Shown here piece by piece: positions 51,101 through 64,000 of a stretch of 64,000 nt of DNA. The notes beneath the pieces were generated by a model that searched no databases, was not told where the DNA came from, and saw only the letters and a program-made list of their open reading frames with translations. A program made the position numbers and the translations under genes. The stretch is from Blasia pusilla (lineage: Eukaryota). Position 1 is the first letter of the stretch. The number at the start of each line of letters is the position of its first letter. Location: contig CM114271.1 of the NCBI GenBank assembly GCA_050084515.1, positions 11,346,001-11,410,000 on the forward strand, written 5' to 3'.

Positions 51101-52469
51101 AAGAAAGAAACCCAAAGAAATCTGGAAATTAAAATTAACTTTATTGAGGAAGGAATTTGAGTGTTTGGATGGAGAATCATAGGCTCTTGGGAGGAGCATT
51201 GTGTAAAAAAAAAAATGGTTATGAGTTTTGTTTAATTGGTAGGAGTGCAATGGATACCGAGAAGAATTTCGTTCCCAAATTAGGAAGAGAAACGAAAAGA
51301 AAAGAAAATATTTTTTTTAGGAAAAAATGGAATAAAATTCATCTGAAGAGGCGAGAAATTCTTGAGCATGGTGGTATTTAAGATTGGTAATTTCTTGTGG
51401 CATTCCCAACCAAACCCTTTTTCGAGCTGCAAATTTTCTACTTGAAATTTGATGTGATGGCGTTAGGCTAGGAAAGGGACTTAGCCTTAAGTTTTATGCT
51501 TAGAGTTGAACCAAATGGCATACCTTGGAAAGATGTTTACAAACATGAAAGTTTTGAGAGTATAGCTATACATGGTATTTGTTTGGAGACTTGAGGAGCA
51601 GGACTTGAGCAAGGGATGTGCAAGAGTTTATTGAAGAAAGAGTCAAACATCTTGGCAATAACTCTATAGATCTTGATAGCTATTAAGATGAAGAGATGTC
51701 CTTTGTGAAGACAACTATATAAGTGAATCTTTTTCCCTACCTACGATTATTGTATCAATATTCCTTGTGTAATCATGTGTGCCCAAAGTGACTCTCACAT
51801 AGGATGTGTAACTACAAAATTTACCACCACGTTCGTCTTTTGTGCCATTTTTAAGTCTTCATGGATGATGGAATCTTGTATGGAATAGTGTTGCTCCCTC
51901 TTTGCTCGTAGAAGCTACTCTCATGGGCAATATGGAAAATGATATTCCTAATCTTGCACAACGTCATAAGTGGCTATTATCTAATCCTCAATTGGACAAC
52001 ATGCACACCAAGAGAATCCAAGCTACGCAAACACTTATATAGTGTCAAACCAACCATAAATCGTTCAGAAACATCCACATGAAATCTCATTTTTATGATA
52101 AAGGGAGGTAGTTGCAATGTGGATTGCCAAAATTAATGGTCTAATTCCCACCTTTAATCCATTCCCTTTCTAGAATAAGACTTTGATTAAAAGAAGAGAT
52201 GTCCCTATGACCCAACTCCATAAACCTTTCAAGAAGAATTGTGAGGAATTGGAAAAGGATGGAACTGTGCAAGACTGGGCAAGGGAAGAATTGTGATGGT
52301 CCTAAAAATAGCTTTGTAACACCCTTTTGCAAAACCCGTGCCTTGGTACGTCCCCTGCAAACATTCGTTGTTTTTTCTTCTCCATCTAACCTATCAACAC
52401 GTCCTCTAAACCTATTTCATAATGAACCTCATTTGCCGTCTTAAAGGACCGCACACTTGTAAGTAAGAG

Positions 52470-53520
52470 TCAATGTAGCATAGAGGAAGGGAGAAAGAGA
52501 CCTCAATAAAAAGTGAATGATGGAAAACCCATCTAGAATGCAGAAAAGGATGGACTCAAAGAGTACTCGGCTCTTTGAGTCTCTCTTTCCGACCATAACT
52601 AGCTCGAAAAAAGAAAAGGGGCACCCCCTATCAGCTAAACTCACTAGTAGCAAAGACGTTCTCAGAAACACATGACTACCACTAAGTGGGCCTCTAGCAT
52701 TGGCGTCTCCCACAACCCGATCCCACCACAAAAGCCCACTGGCTTGGCCATGTTGCAAACCTATGGAGACCCGTTGCCTAGAGTAAAAAATCACAATAGC
52801 TAATGATGAGTCATTTCTCGACTGGAGATGATAGGTGCAATCCGTAAGGAGTGAGTCAAACCTCTCCCCCATAGCCCCATACATCTCTATGGCTAGGGGG
52901 ATGAATCAATGTCCCTCATGAAGTCAACTATCGAGATGGATCTTCTTCACGACCGCCACCGCTGCTCCTTGTAGCAATCTCCCTTGTGCCACCACTTGGG
53001 CTCGCAACGTAGGATCCACCACTACAACGTCCACCGCCACCACGTGCACATCTCGTGTCATATCAAGATTAGCATGGGTAAGGGAATCCCGCATGGAGTA
53101 ATGCCTCTCTCGTGGAATCCACTTTCGCAAGAAATATTGAATATGACATCGCACATAACATCGAAATTGGAAATCCTCTCACCTCCCATTGGATAGCGTG
53201 CAAAATGCACACCAAGTGTATCTAGACTTTAGTGACACTCACAGTGTGTTGAACCAACCACCGATGGTTGGGGTAGGCCTAGTCGAAATTAAACCGCATC
53301 GTTGTGGTATAGGTAAGTGGTGCGATATGGAAAGTTGGGATGAGGGGACGAGCCCCCACCCATGAGCCTAGTACAACCTATCCCCTTTTCGAAGCAAGAG
53401 CAAATATGGACCCAAACCTCCATGGGAATATCCCCGTCTAACATAGTGACTCGAAAAATTCCCTCAAAATGGGCTTCCATCAAAGAAGATTGGAGCCTGG
53501 ACTGATCGGAAGTAATTAAG
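52470..53520 (-). mobile_element. 3' remnant of an RLE-type (CRE-like) non-LTR retrotransposon
   Basis: HF.RYPMGGER zinc-knuckle remnant; VDVVVVDPT; FIPLAIEMYGAMG; FYSRQRVSIGLQHGQA, resembling a restriction-like endonuclease C-terminus. Confidence 0.7.
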
Positions 53521-56500
53521 GAGGAGAAAGTGGGGAGATGAGTTCTAACCTCAACAAGAAGAGAATCTCTACATGCTCTCTAAACCATCATCAAATGATT
53601 CTGTACCATAAATCTAAAGTAAAGAAGGGGTGTTGCTATGGCACTCAAAAAAGAAACCTATTCAATCAAGAAACATGTATACAAACTACTCTTACATGGG
53701 CCCTTAAAGAGCCGGGTCTTAAAATTCCCAAACACCTCACTATCTAAATAGGAGAATGGAAGAAAGGCCGGAAGAGCCACGCCTTTTAACCGCGCGCTAC
53801 AATGGTCACCGGGAAAAGGAGAGGAACGTGCTAGGATTGGTCCACTAGCGTAATAACTAACTACTGGTTCCAGGTACGCACTCCTGGCGGCGGGGGGAAC
53901 GTTATCAGGGCTGGTGTGGAGCTTGGGTACGTAGTAGTAGGCGCGGCCGGTCAAATAAAGCCCAGCCGGTGGGTAACGCACTTCATCGCCCGCTGCTGCC
54001 GGGCCTCCCCCCTCAGCATGTGTATCCTGTGGCGCGGCGCGGCGCCGTGCCGATCGCCCGTCAATAGGACGGGCTCCCGTCAACTCCCGTCCGTAAGCCT
54101 TCAACATACGGGTTTGACTGGTCAAGCGCACATCTCTCCCACATTTAGAAAGAATCCCTGACACGACTTCATTGGAGATTCAGGTTTCCGGATGTGGTAA
54201 CACGTTGGGATCGCGGGCCCGTGGGAACGTCGGGGGTACTACTCCGACTGCAACTCTACTTGTCGTAGTCTGATTGAACACTGCGCGGCGTAAGCTCCCT
54301 TCGCCGGATGCCGGTGGGACCCGTGCGATGATGGGGTACTTCCCGAAGATGCCAGGTGCCGGGTACCAGGCGCTTGGAGCGTGTGTGTCCATTTTACGAC
54401 GACGTTGCGGCTTCAGCCCATGTGTTTTGGTCGGGCCTGGTCGGCGAGGAGGCTGGAAGGAAGTAAAAAATCATGCGGCAACTCGTTAATTGCAAGTATC
54501 TCTGCTTTCTGTTCACCTATGAGACGGCTACAGTAACTTGAAATTGAAGAGTGCGAAACCGTAAACCTCATAATCAAGTTTGACTGGATGCGTTACTGAA
54601 TCCGGTTTGAAAAACGTAACACTGAGGCAGGAGAAGAACAAGGAATGATTCCACCGCTCCAACTAACACGAAGCGTCTAAGGTACTCATTTATTGTTTGC
54701 GGGTTCGCCAGACAGCCTGCTCCAACGGCTATGATCATTGAACAAGTGGTCGCCATTTCGTTCTGAAAGGCAAACGGCAGGCGAAGGGTTACACTATAGA
54801 CCTATCTGCCCTTCCAATTTCAGCATACAGCAGTAATTTTATCCCTTGGGAGGTTTGGCGGACATGCCTTCTCCCTCTCGAACGCGTTTAGTTTAGTGAA
54901 AGACTGCGCCAACTTTTACCAATTGGTTGAATCAGATCACCGGCTTTCTTGAAGTCGGTTCCATCTAGAACTGGTGGTCGCTTATCAATTGCTTCTCAAA
55001 AGTCGAGGTGATAATAGCATGGGGCTTTCCTTCTTCCTTTCCCACGATCCTCGTCCGCTTTCTCCCATCTACACTCCGAGTTCTTGACTGGTCCGGGAAG
55101 CTTTTCTCAGTTTCATTGATGTGACTCAGATTTTTCCTTTGTCCTACCTGCCGTCATTGCTTCCCGCTCCTACGGTACGACACTTGCAGCTTATATAAGC
55201 CATTCCACTGCCAGTGTCTTCCGCTTCCGAGAGCAATTCCTACGTCGTCACAGCTTCGGTGATTCGTAACAGCCTGACAGTGAGAATTTTGAAGTTTCAG
55301 GATTCGAGTACTAGTAGTTGCAGTACTAGTGGCTAAATCATGCTCGATCTCGTGGAAAGAAAGCCAAGTTATTATCACGTTCGATTCTGCATGCGGTCAT
55401 GAAGGAGATGTATCTATTGGATAGTTATAGCACTCGGCTAGCGCTCTTTACATCGGCACTTCTTTACCGGATTCCGATCATTGACAAGCGAATTTGCCGC
55501 TTAGTAACGAGCAGGTAAAACGCCGCTCCCCCACTTCTCTAACAAGTCCTTTGTAATTAGCACTGCTGATGACAGTCTCAGCCGTGGACACCAGCTTGTC
55601 AATGATCGTTCGCAAGCTCTCATCCTGCTACTAGAATGCTACTCTTATGGCCGAATCTACTGCTGCTGCTGTTGTAGTTGATCGGATCTCCCCTTGACAC
55701 TTGGTGCAAACTTAATTTATACGAAATACTGGCAAGCATAATCTACAGATAATAAGGCAGGATAATGGAAATACGTATCTTACGTGCATCAGTCCTTCCT
55801 TTTATAAGTTAAAAAATCAAGTTTCAGCATGTGCATGCTAGCTAGCGGTTCGAGGTAGTTGACGCCGTAGGGACATCAGCATTCTCTTCGACCGATTCCA
55901 GGCACGCACGACTTTCCTATTAAAGTGATGAACTGAGATAGATGATGGCGATTCTTCATTGATTCATCGATCACGACTTTCAGGCCCACGGAGCACTACT
56001 TAACTTATCCAAGGTTTGAACCTCTGTGTAGATACTAGTACTGCCCTCATCCATCGCTAAGTACTGGTCAGTGAACGACATCGAATGCTTAGACGACCTT
56101 CGAGCGACTTATCAACCGACCTCTGTGAGACTCTCAGAACCCTTTAGTTGCATTTTATTTACATGTGCCTAGATCCAATCGTTGACTGTTAAATTACCAA
56201 GATTTAACTCTCAGCAGACATTCCTGTAAACTAGTAGGGGAGTTACAATAGCGGATTCTCGGACTGGAGTTCGTACGACGCTGGGAGGAACTACACAGTC
56301 TACGTATCGGAAGGAATACTCCCGAAGACATAAACGAAAGGAACCAACAGTTCCTTTCTCTTCGTGTGACAGTGGTTTTTTCTCATGAATTTTTGGGGAA
56401 GTCCTTAGGGCATAGGGGTTGATTTTTTCCGAAGGGGTTTTTCAACCAATTATTTTCCGAAGAGGAAGGACTTCATTAACTGTTTGCAGAACAGGGCAAA

Positions 56501-56731
56501 CCACCCTTGTTTCCCCCGAATAACTGTTCCAGGCCTTCGGGAACTGTGCCCAGATCCCCTTCTCCCAGAAATTGGGAAGGACTTTTTGAGACTTAGAGAG
56601 ATGTGCAGAATCCCCTACCACTACACGACTTTGTTTGACATGAGTTTATTTCTACCCACAAGATTGTACTCGCTCTGTAGTTAGTCACGATCTTCTCGGA
56701 CTCCAGGAAACGAAAGGAATTGATACATAAT

Positions 56732-56734
<3 letters not shown>

Positions 56735-56803
<69 letters not shown>
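56735..56803. repeat. (TA)n microsatellite about 540 bp upstream of the PHO1 ATG
   Basis: Pure TA run. Confidence 0.98.
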
Positions 56804-56806
<3 letters not shown>

Positions 56807-57342
56807 AAGTGCTGGCTATAGTACGTGGTCTGTACTTTCTGCTTCCTCGTGAGAATTGACCATCGAACATGTACCCGCAGCGTATCCTAGTGTAGACTTG
56901 GAAGTGCTCGAAGCTCCAGATTATCATGGCCTTGATTAGTCGTGACACCACAATCACTCCATGTGCAGCACACATATTATTATCTTGTAAAGTTTAGAGG
57001 TGGACTTCCGCTAAACGTCTTCGGGTCTGGAAGTCGATGAATCTCGTGCGGATAGTGGTTTTTCGACTATGTGCAATGCATTTCACAGGTTTCAGATTCA
57101 GCTACGATTTTGTTTTAACTTGGGTTCGACAGAACTTCCAGTCCGATCTGATCTGCGTGATGCAAAACGGGCTTAGCCTACCCGAAAAAAAAGAGTGTAT
57201 GAGGGGCCTTTGGATAGCGAGGAGGTAAGGCCTACATTTTATACTAATTCTCATCTCCTCCACCAGGATTACTCTAGTCGACGCATCGTCGTGAGAAGTG
57301 TCAGAGTAGGCGAGCGAAAGCTCGCTCTCTGGACAGACAGCA

Positions 57343-60300
57343 ATGGTGAAATTCCAGAAACAGCTTGCGGGACAGCTCGTGCCTGAATGGGAGGAAGCGT
57401 ACTGCAACTACAAGCAACTCAAGCAGGACGTGAAGCGGATCAAAGAGCATCACCAACTCGTCGATGACAACCTTTCGGTCGCGAAGATTTCAACGAACTC
57501 GGTCTACACCCTCAAGTTTATCGGAAGTCCGTTAGGAGCCTTTACCGGAAAGCTCGTGAACCACTCGCGATTCCTCTGGGATAAAGTGGAGCACATAGTG
57601 GTATTATCGTCATACCACCCCCGATCATTCACATCGAATCTCTCACGTGCGAGAATCCAAGCTCCTAAAGCGCTGCATATATATGATTAATCGAACTCTG
57701 TAGTCGTGCATGGATGAATGAATCACTCTATCAATCGTCACATTCATGCCAGAAGATCTCTGGTGCAATTTCGATCTGATGAGCCTCAGCTCAAGAGTCC
57801 CTTCCTTGCTCTACTTGCGCACGGGCCTCGTGGACGCTGTGAGGGACTCACAATAATATGTTGTTCAGAGTCACGTAATAATATGTAGCTGTCAAGGCTT
57901 AGAGCCAAGATCAGCTTCAGTACGTACACTTCATGAAGTGCTAGCTCGAGTAGCTCAGGTTCCTAGCTGTAGGTGTCTAAGGAATTCTGAAGTGGATCAC
58001 ATAGAGTGCGTTGAAAGCAACGTGGAATACTAGTAATCGTCTAAAGCAGTGCCATCATCCCGCAGTCTATTCGTTCTTTCTCTCGTTTCAAGCTTGCATT
58101 AAGGTATTCCGTAAGTCTTACTGATAGGTTCTTGTCAAGCTCTTAGTCCAGTAAAAGAGCAACGCATTAGTGTCCTCGTCACGCGGGAATCTGTTAGCAA
58201 GTCGCGACCGTCATTATCAATGTGATTCGGGGCGGTCCTAAGCTTCCGGTTACCGACAGAAAATTGTGTTTTAGCTTCTTGGATTGGAGCCAATCATCTT
58301 TCATGAGCATAAAAATTCCGACAAGTTCGTGAGCATGTAATCGCCTATCTTAGTGCTATGCAGGACCTGAAAAGAAAGGCAGAGAGCGCGCCGTAGGATG
58401 AGATGGGATCGGATCCGATCGGAGCTGAAGTGAAAGCTAACGCAGTGCCTGTGCACGAACTACAACAGGTACACGCACAACCAGGCGCAGACGCGTACGA
58501 GGAGTTTTACGAGACGGAGCTTCTGGAGTCGGCACTTACGCCTACGGAACTCGCGACCGACTTTTTCCAGAGATTGGATGCTCAGCTAAACATGGTCAAC
58601 CGATTTTACAAAATAAAGGAGGAGGAATATAATCTCCGAGCGCATAGTTTGCAGCTTCAGATGGAAGCTCTTCTCGACCTGCGGAAGGCCCTCGCTCGTC
58701 ACAGCAGCCAAGTGAACCATATCTCCAGCGGAAGCGACGAGGAGAAGTCAGGTACGCTTTTCCATGTCTCTCCATGACTCGTTGATCAACACCGTGCATG
58801 TCTCTCGATGCGTTTGACGTTTCTAGCGACAGATGACCCCGTCGTTCACAACAGTACACATGCTGAGTGCACTGAAACGATCTAGTACTAGTAGTCCTCT
58901 GGGACTTCCTAAACTAAACGTTCTTAATTTAGTAACACTAGAGCGAAGCGTTTGGTGCGATGATCAATGAATGTGCTTGGTTTCGTGCTTGGTCCTGCCA
59001 GAGGACCCGTCGATTGAGTGTACCGTTCGTAAACTACGGTTTCCATGGGACCGAGGAAGTCTCCTCTAATCCTAATGATGTTGATCGGGATGGAGCCGTG
59101 TATCGACGGTACATGGTCATATTGAATCGATATAAGCATCCGATCCTAGACCCACAATTTCGTCGGCGACTAGGTAGTCCGGGTAGATTCTAAAGCTGTA
59201 TATAGAATGGTTTTGGAAGTATGTAGCAAAAGCTGTAACTGCTCCGGAACTATCACGAATCCAACACTGACGGACGTGAGTCTTGATTACTTGGTACTTG
59301 ACATTACCTGTCTCTCTGTGCAGAAACAACTCTGAGCGCGTGGAGCGCACGATCAGGACAAGGACGTGCAGTGACAAAGAAACAAGTGCAGAATGCCGAG
59401 AAGCTCTTACGCACCGCTTTCGCCGAATTCTACCGCGGCTTGAGCAACCTGAAAAGTTACAGGTATGGCATCATCAAGTTTCTCGATGATGACAGTGGAG
59501 GGATGAGTATGATCGTCTGAGAGTGTAAACGACAATATCAAAAACCCAACTCTATCTGAATGAACTCATTCATTCTACGTGCAATGAATGACGATGTCCA
59601 ATTCACGACCTTCCCACTTTGCAGTTATGGATGTTCAGATCCAGAGTCTACGTTGTCTCGAAGCTTTCTCGTGTAATCTTAATAGATTAGGTTATAGAAT
59701 TGAAGGGTGCGATGGGCGTCCTGGCGCACCGGGACAGCTATTCTTCGATTTCATCGCGAAGAAACACATTCCAGAAACGAATAGTCCTCAGAATAAATAT
59801 GTATAGTTGCATGTTTATGTAAACCTTCACTATCTAGGGGACACAATCCCAGACTGAATCAGGTGACACATTCATTTTGGGGTTTAATTGATTGCGTATC
59901 TTCTGGTCTATCGACGTACATTCTCAAGGGCCAAGGCGATGTCCGTGAGATTTCATCTGTTTAAGTACTTTGCTAAATCCTGCGATCTCTCTAATTATAG
60001 AGATAGATAATCACACCTGAGAAGGACGTAAAGTAGAACTTCAAATGCACAGTTAGCGAACGTGGAATATCCTTCCAAGTGATGTTTCCTAGCTTTATCT
60101 TTATGACATTGTGGGGTGTTTTCATTCCACTCTGAATCCTGTTGTTCTGGGGCCTGATTAGTTGACGTGTCTTTTCTTCCTGCCTGTTTGATCAACGGGA
60201 TGCAGCGCTTTGAATATAATGGCGTTTTCGAAAATACTGAAGAAATATGACAAGGTCATTCCCTGATATTCCTTCATATTCCCAGTGAGGTGGATTTTGA

Positions 60301-63300
60301 ATTCTGGGCTTTGAACTGTACACATGAGGAGAGCATTTGGAGAAATTCTCCGCATTCACTAATTAGGATGTTGGTAAAAGAAGCGATAAACGATAATTCG
60401 TGTCTGATCTTAGACGTGAAGAGGACCATGTATTTCCAAGTTGAATTTGGAATAAATCGAAGCGCCAGAAACAGTGAGTGCATTGCCAAGCCTTATTAAT
60501 TACAGCAAATTGTAGATCAAATGCCTAACCGTTTCGTTGGAATAGTCGATGAGCAGGTCACAGGATGGAATGCGTCACTGACTTATTTAAGAGTTGTCGA
60601 GGGCTCCTACTTCGCGTGCTCACATAAGGCAAGTCCATCATTCATTATCTCGAACTAAATGCGTGGTTTGTCATTCCCACTCTACATCGTCACTTTGTAG
60701 AATTCTTCTTTTGTATTAAAGTTTCTGGATGTACCAGAAGATCATCGCGTGCCTACTCCTGATCTTCTGGAAGTTACTGTAACGCCCTTTGTTGATTCCA
60801 TCATGATCTCCCTCCATAGCCACTACGTACGCACCGTTGCAGCAGAATTTAGATAGGGCCAAAATTTTCCTTTACATCCATATCTGATCACTAGTGTAAC
60901 CGTAGGATTTTTCACCGTTTTCCAACCGGAACCCGTGCTCAGCGACTGTTGAGGTTCATTATTTGAAGTCTGACAAAGAGGATTCAGATTTCTGGCGAGG
61001 GTAAACAGAAAGATTGAGATTTCTCACCACCACTTTAGAGAACACACCACTATAAAACATGCGTCGTGTAGTGGGGGGAAGAAAGGCTATAGCTTCGAGT
61101 CTTGAAAAACTTACGCGTGATGTTTTCATGTTAAAGAATGAATGACTTACATTAACTTGTTCGTGATCCAAGTATCGAATTATAGACGACTCAATTTTGT
61201 TTCTAGCAAGGACCTTCATCACACCTTCAATTTAGATTTTATCTTATAGTCGAGTCAAACACTTGTCAAACAAAATGTTGGAAAGAATTCATCAATTCTT
61301 CTATTGTTAACATAGACCTGCAGGTGGTCAAGTTAATGGACAGGGTTGAAAACCTCTTCACCCAACACCTTGCAAAGCAAAATCATAGGGAGGCTATGGT
61401 CTATCTCAAACCCGTGCAACAAATATCCTCCACAAACGTTTCATACTTACAAGGTACTTAGATCTACATTTTACATGCGATGTGATTTTAAATGGTACTT
61501 ACATCTACATTTTACATGCGATGTGATTTTAAATGGTTGGTGTCGAGGTTAGCTGAGTCATGGTCACATGCCAACATGGGTACGATACCGATGATGAATT
61601 GAGTGGTGGATGAAATTTCAAAAAGAAGACCACATTTAGATTGATATGAAATATCTTCATAGCTTGCCGCAAGATCACACCGTCTTGATATTTCCCATGA
61701 TTGTTGCACATTTGGAAAGGCTATCAACCACAACAACATGGGTTATCATCTTGCTATCAACGAATAGATCTGGAGTTGAAATGAGATTAATACTTACTGG
61801 CTCATTTGGAATGATATGATTAAGAAGTTGTAGTTTCAAGCCAATAATCAAAATGTGATGATGTTATACCAGGCCTATTCACCGGGTGTTCGGTGGCCCT
61901 CTTCGTAACCATTGCAATTACATTTATTCCCTCGAGATTTAACACCCAAACTCTCCAACAAGAGGCGAGAAATGGTGCTCTTCTTCCTGTATCAAGGTAA
62001 ACAATCATTTCCTTAGATCATGGGCCTATGCGCATAGAGAGGAAAAAATTATATTCTTTAAGCTTGTAAAAATAGGGCATTTGAGTCAGCTGACATTGAT
62101 AGTACACATAAGTAAAATAGTTTATCATTTCATTCAACGACAATCCCATAAGCTCCTTGAATTTGAATTGAATCCTAGTCTCTCATTTTGGTCTATGTAC
62201 TTTTCTTCCAGGGCTTATGAAGCTTAGTAGACATGGTTGATGAGTCAATGTTTTTGACTGCTTGAACAGTACTGTCGGGTTGGTTCTACTACATTTGTAC
62301 ATGTATGGTTGGAATGTATATCTTTGGCGTCGGGCTCGGATCAACTATACCCTCATTTTTGAGTGGGCGCCAGGGATAGAGCTTCTATGTCAAGAAGTGC
62401 TACTTTTGAGCACAGGTCTTACCACACTTTGGATGTTAGCCATGAGCGTTGTGAAGTTGTGCCCAGGAATGCCACATAGTGACCTTGTACCTCTCATTCT
62501 TCTTATGGTGAGTGGCTATTTCCTCTTAATCCTTTATTTATGATTTTTTCATTTTTGGAAGCTTAGTTAAATATTGAAATTCATGGTTGTTTAGATCATT
62601 AGGATATTTTGGGTATGATTTCTACCGGAAGACGTTTGCTTCTAGTATTTTTATTCAATTGTATTTTTTTTCAAATTTAAGTTTTTTGAAATAAGAATAA
62701 CATCCCACTGTTCTAAATAACTTAACTCTTCAATAAAAATTAAAATAACACCCCATTCCTCTAAATTATTCTACCTTTCCAAAAAAATTTAAAGTATACC
62801 TACTCCCCCTTCAAATGACACACATTAATTAATTTTAATTAATGAAATCATTTCTGTCTTATGTCTTTTCAAAATATCAAGTTTGAATTGAAAAAATGCA
62901 AACTTGTTATTTGTCTTACGATCTCGCTATTTTATGTGCATATAGGATAACCAATTAAGATAGAGATATTAGAAAAATCACATTTCATTTTAACCATTTG
63001 TAATAGTTGCACACAACTTATTGAGTAAAAGGGGAGTGACTAGAACGTGAGTTTTCTTACAACTTATTTAGTAAAGGGGAGAGAGTTTTTTTAGAAAAGA
63101 AGAGCTTTTATAGTCCCAAAATTAGAAAAAAAAATTCCTAAAATTTAAACGAGAGCTAAGAACTCCCATTGGTATAATATGATAACCACCTTCTCACATA
63201 ATATACAAACTCAATTCTAGACACTTCGGGCCTAAGACTACCACAAGTGCTTTACATAATATTCGAACATTTTCCATGTCGTAAAGACCAGCTCGGAAAA

Positions 63301-63529
63301 TATATTCGTTCATTCTATTGAATTGAAAGCCAAGGGAAACTACAAGCACTCACATCATTGTTTTTGAAAGAATGGGAAAGACCATGGCAGATCTCGAGAA
63401 TGAAACTTGGAGTGAGTTTTGCAGGTATATTTGGTCATCCTTTTTTTTCCTATGAACTATTGCTACAGATCCACGCGCGTGGTACTGATTCGTTGTATTA
63501 TTCACATCGTCTGCTCGCCTCTGCATAAG
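57343..63529 (+). CDS. PHO1: PHO1-family phosphate exporter (SPX-EXS), 3'-incomplete. Exons: 57343-57600, 58469-58751, (possible 59002-59028), 59324-59462, 60206-60254, 60557-60628, 61324-61453, 61873-61996, 62270-62507, 63425-63529
   Basis: [120 protein letters not shown]. Splice phases join in frame. Confidence 0.93.
61454..61537 (+). repeat. 41-bp tandem duplication at an intron 5' end
   Basis: gtactta(g/c)atctacattttacatgcgatgtgattttaaatg occurs twice. Confidence 0.9.
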
Positions 63530-64000
63530 GTACCCAACAGCCTCCGTCCACTCATACCCCAATGTCTGTCGCGCTCTTACCGAATTGCAACAAATATACA
63601 TCCATGTTGACACGCCAATGTCATTGCTTTCTCACAGATCTCTCGACAAATGCTTGTCAATGCTCACACATAATTGTGATTGCCTTCTCAAACATCTCTC
63701 GTGATTGAAGCCCAGACATAGCACATGCAACCGGAATTCAAACTAGACCAGCGTAGTGAGGAGCCGTGCAAAGTAGATGAACAAACTAACTGGAAATGAG
63801 TACATCGAAGGTACATGTCAGAAGGCGATCATGCAGACAAATGATTTGCCTTTTATCGATGTGCGTTTGGCGTGTTTTTCACCAGGAAGGGAATGTTAGA
63901 GTAGCAAACGAGAGCTTGGGGATGGATAGCCGTACCGACACTAGTCGTTGAAAAGAAAATAGATTCAGCATCGGCCGTGCATGCTGAGGCTGATAATAAG

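Noticed and set aside
53658-54164. 168-aa minus-strand ORF
   Set aside because: No recognisable motif; expected by chance in GC-rich sequence.
46052-60072. P1BS (GNATATNC) sites at 46052, 47141, 49055 and 60065
   Set aside because: Only six fixed bases, so expected by chance every few kb; none was seen in the proximal promoter.

Overview
Eukaryotic, land-plant-type window; bryophyte-like origin is an inference from the element types. Positions 1 to about 53.5 kb are a nested graveyard of transposons, and about 57.3-64 kb holds the 5' part of an intron-rich PHO1-family (SPX-EXS) phosphate exporter gene on the + strand. The main find is three nested copies of one Ty3/Gypsy-type retrotransposon family. 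Its polyprotein carries a DNMT3-like C5-cytosine methyltransferase between protease and reverse transcriptase, and a PHD finger at the end of the integrase. Both copies with a visible 3' end share an atypical A-spacer-B-A repeat layout, whereas a 5-bp TSD shows that the 5' end starts at B, which resembles split direct repeats. The window also has an Athila-like Gypsy element with a tRNA-Asp PBS and a long, still-open extra ORF of unknown function, plus a diverged second copy of that ORF. Other remnants are Copia, CACTA, APE-type LINE and RLE-type non-LTR fragments, TSD-flanked DNA-transposon-like inserts, a Helitron-like 3' end and microsatellites. All calls come from reading the sequence by eye; no searches were run, and TE boundaries are approximate unless fixed by a TSD.
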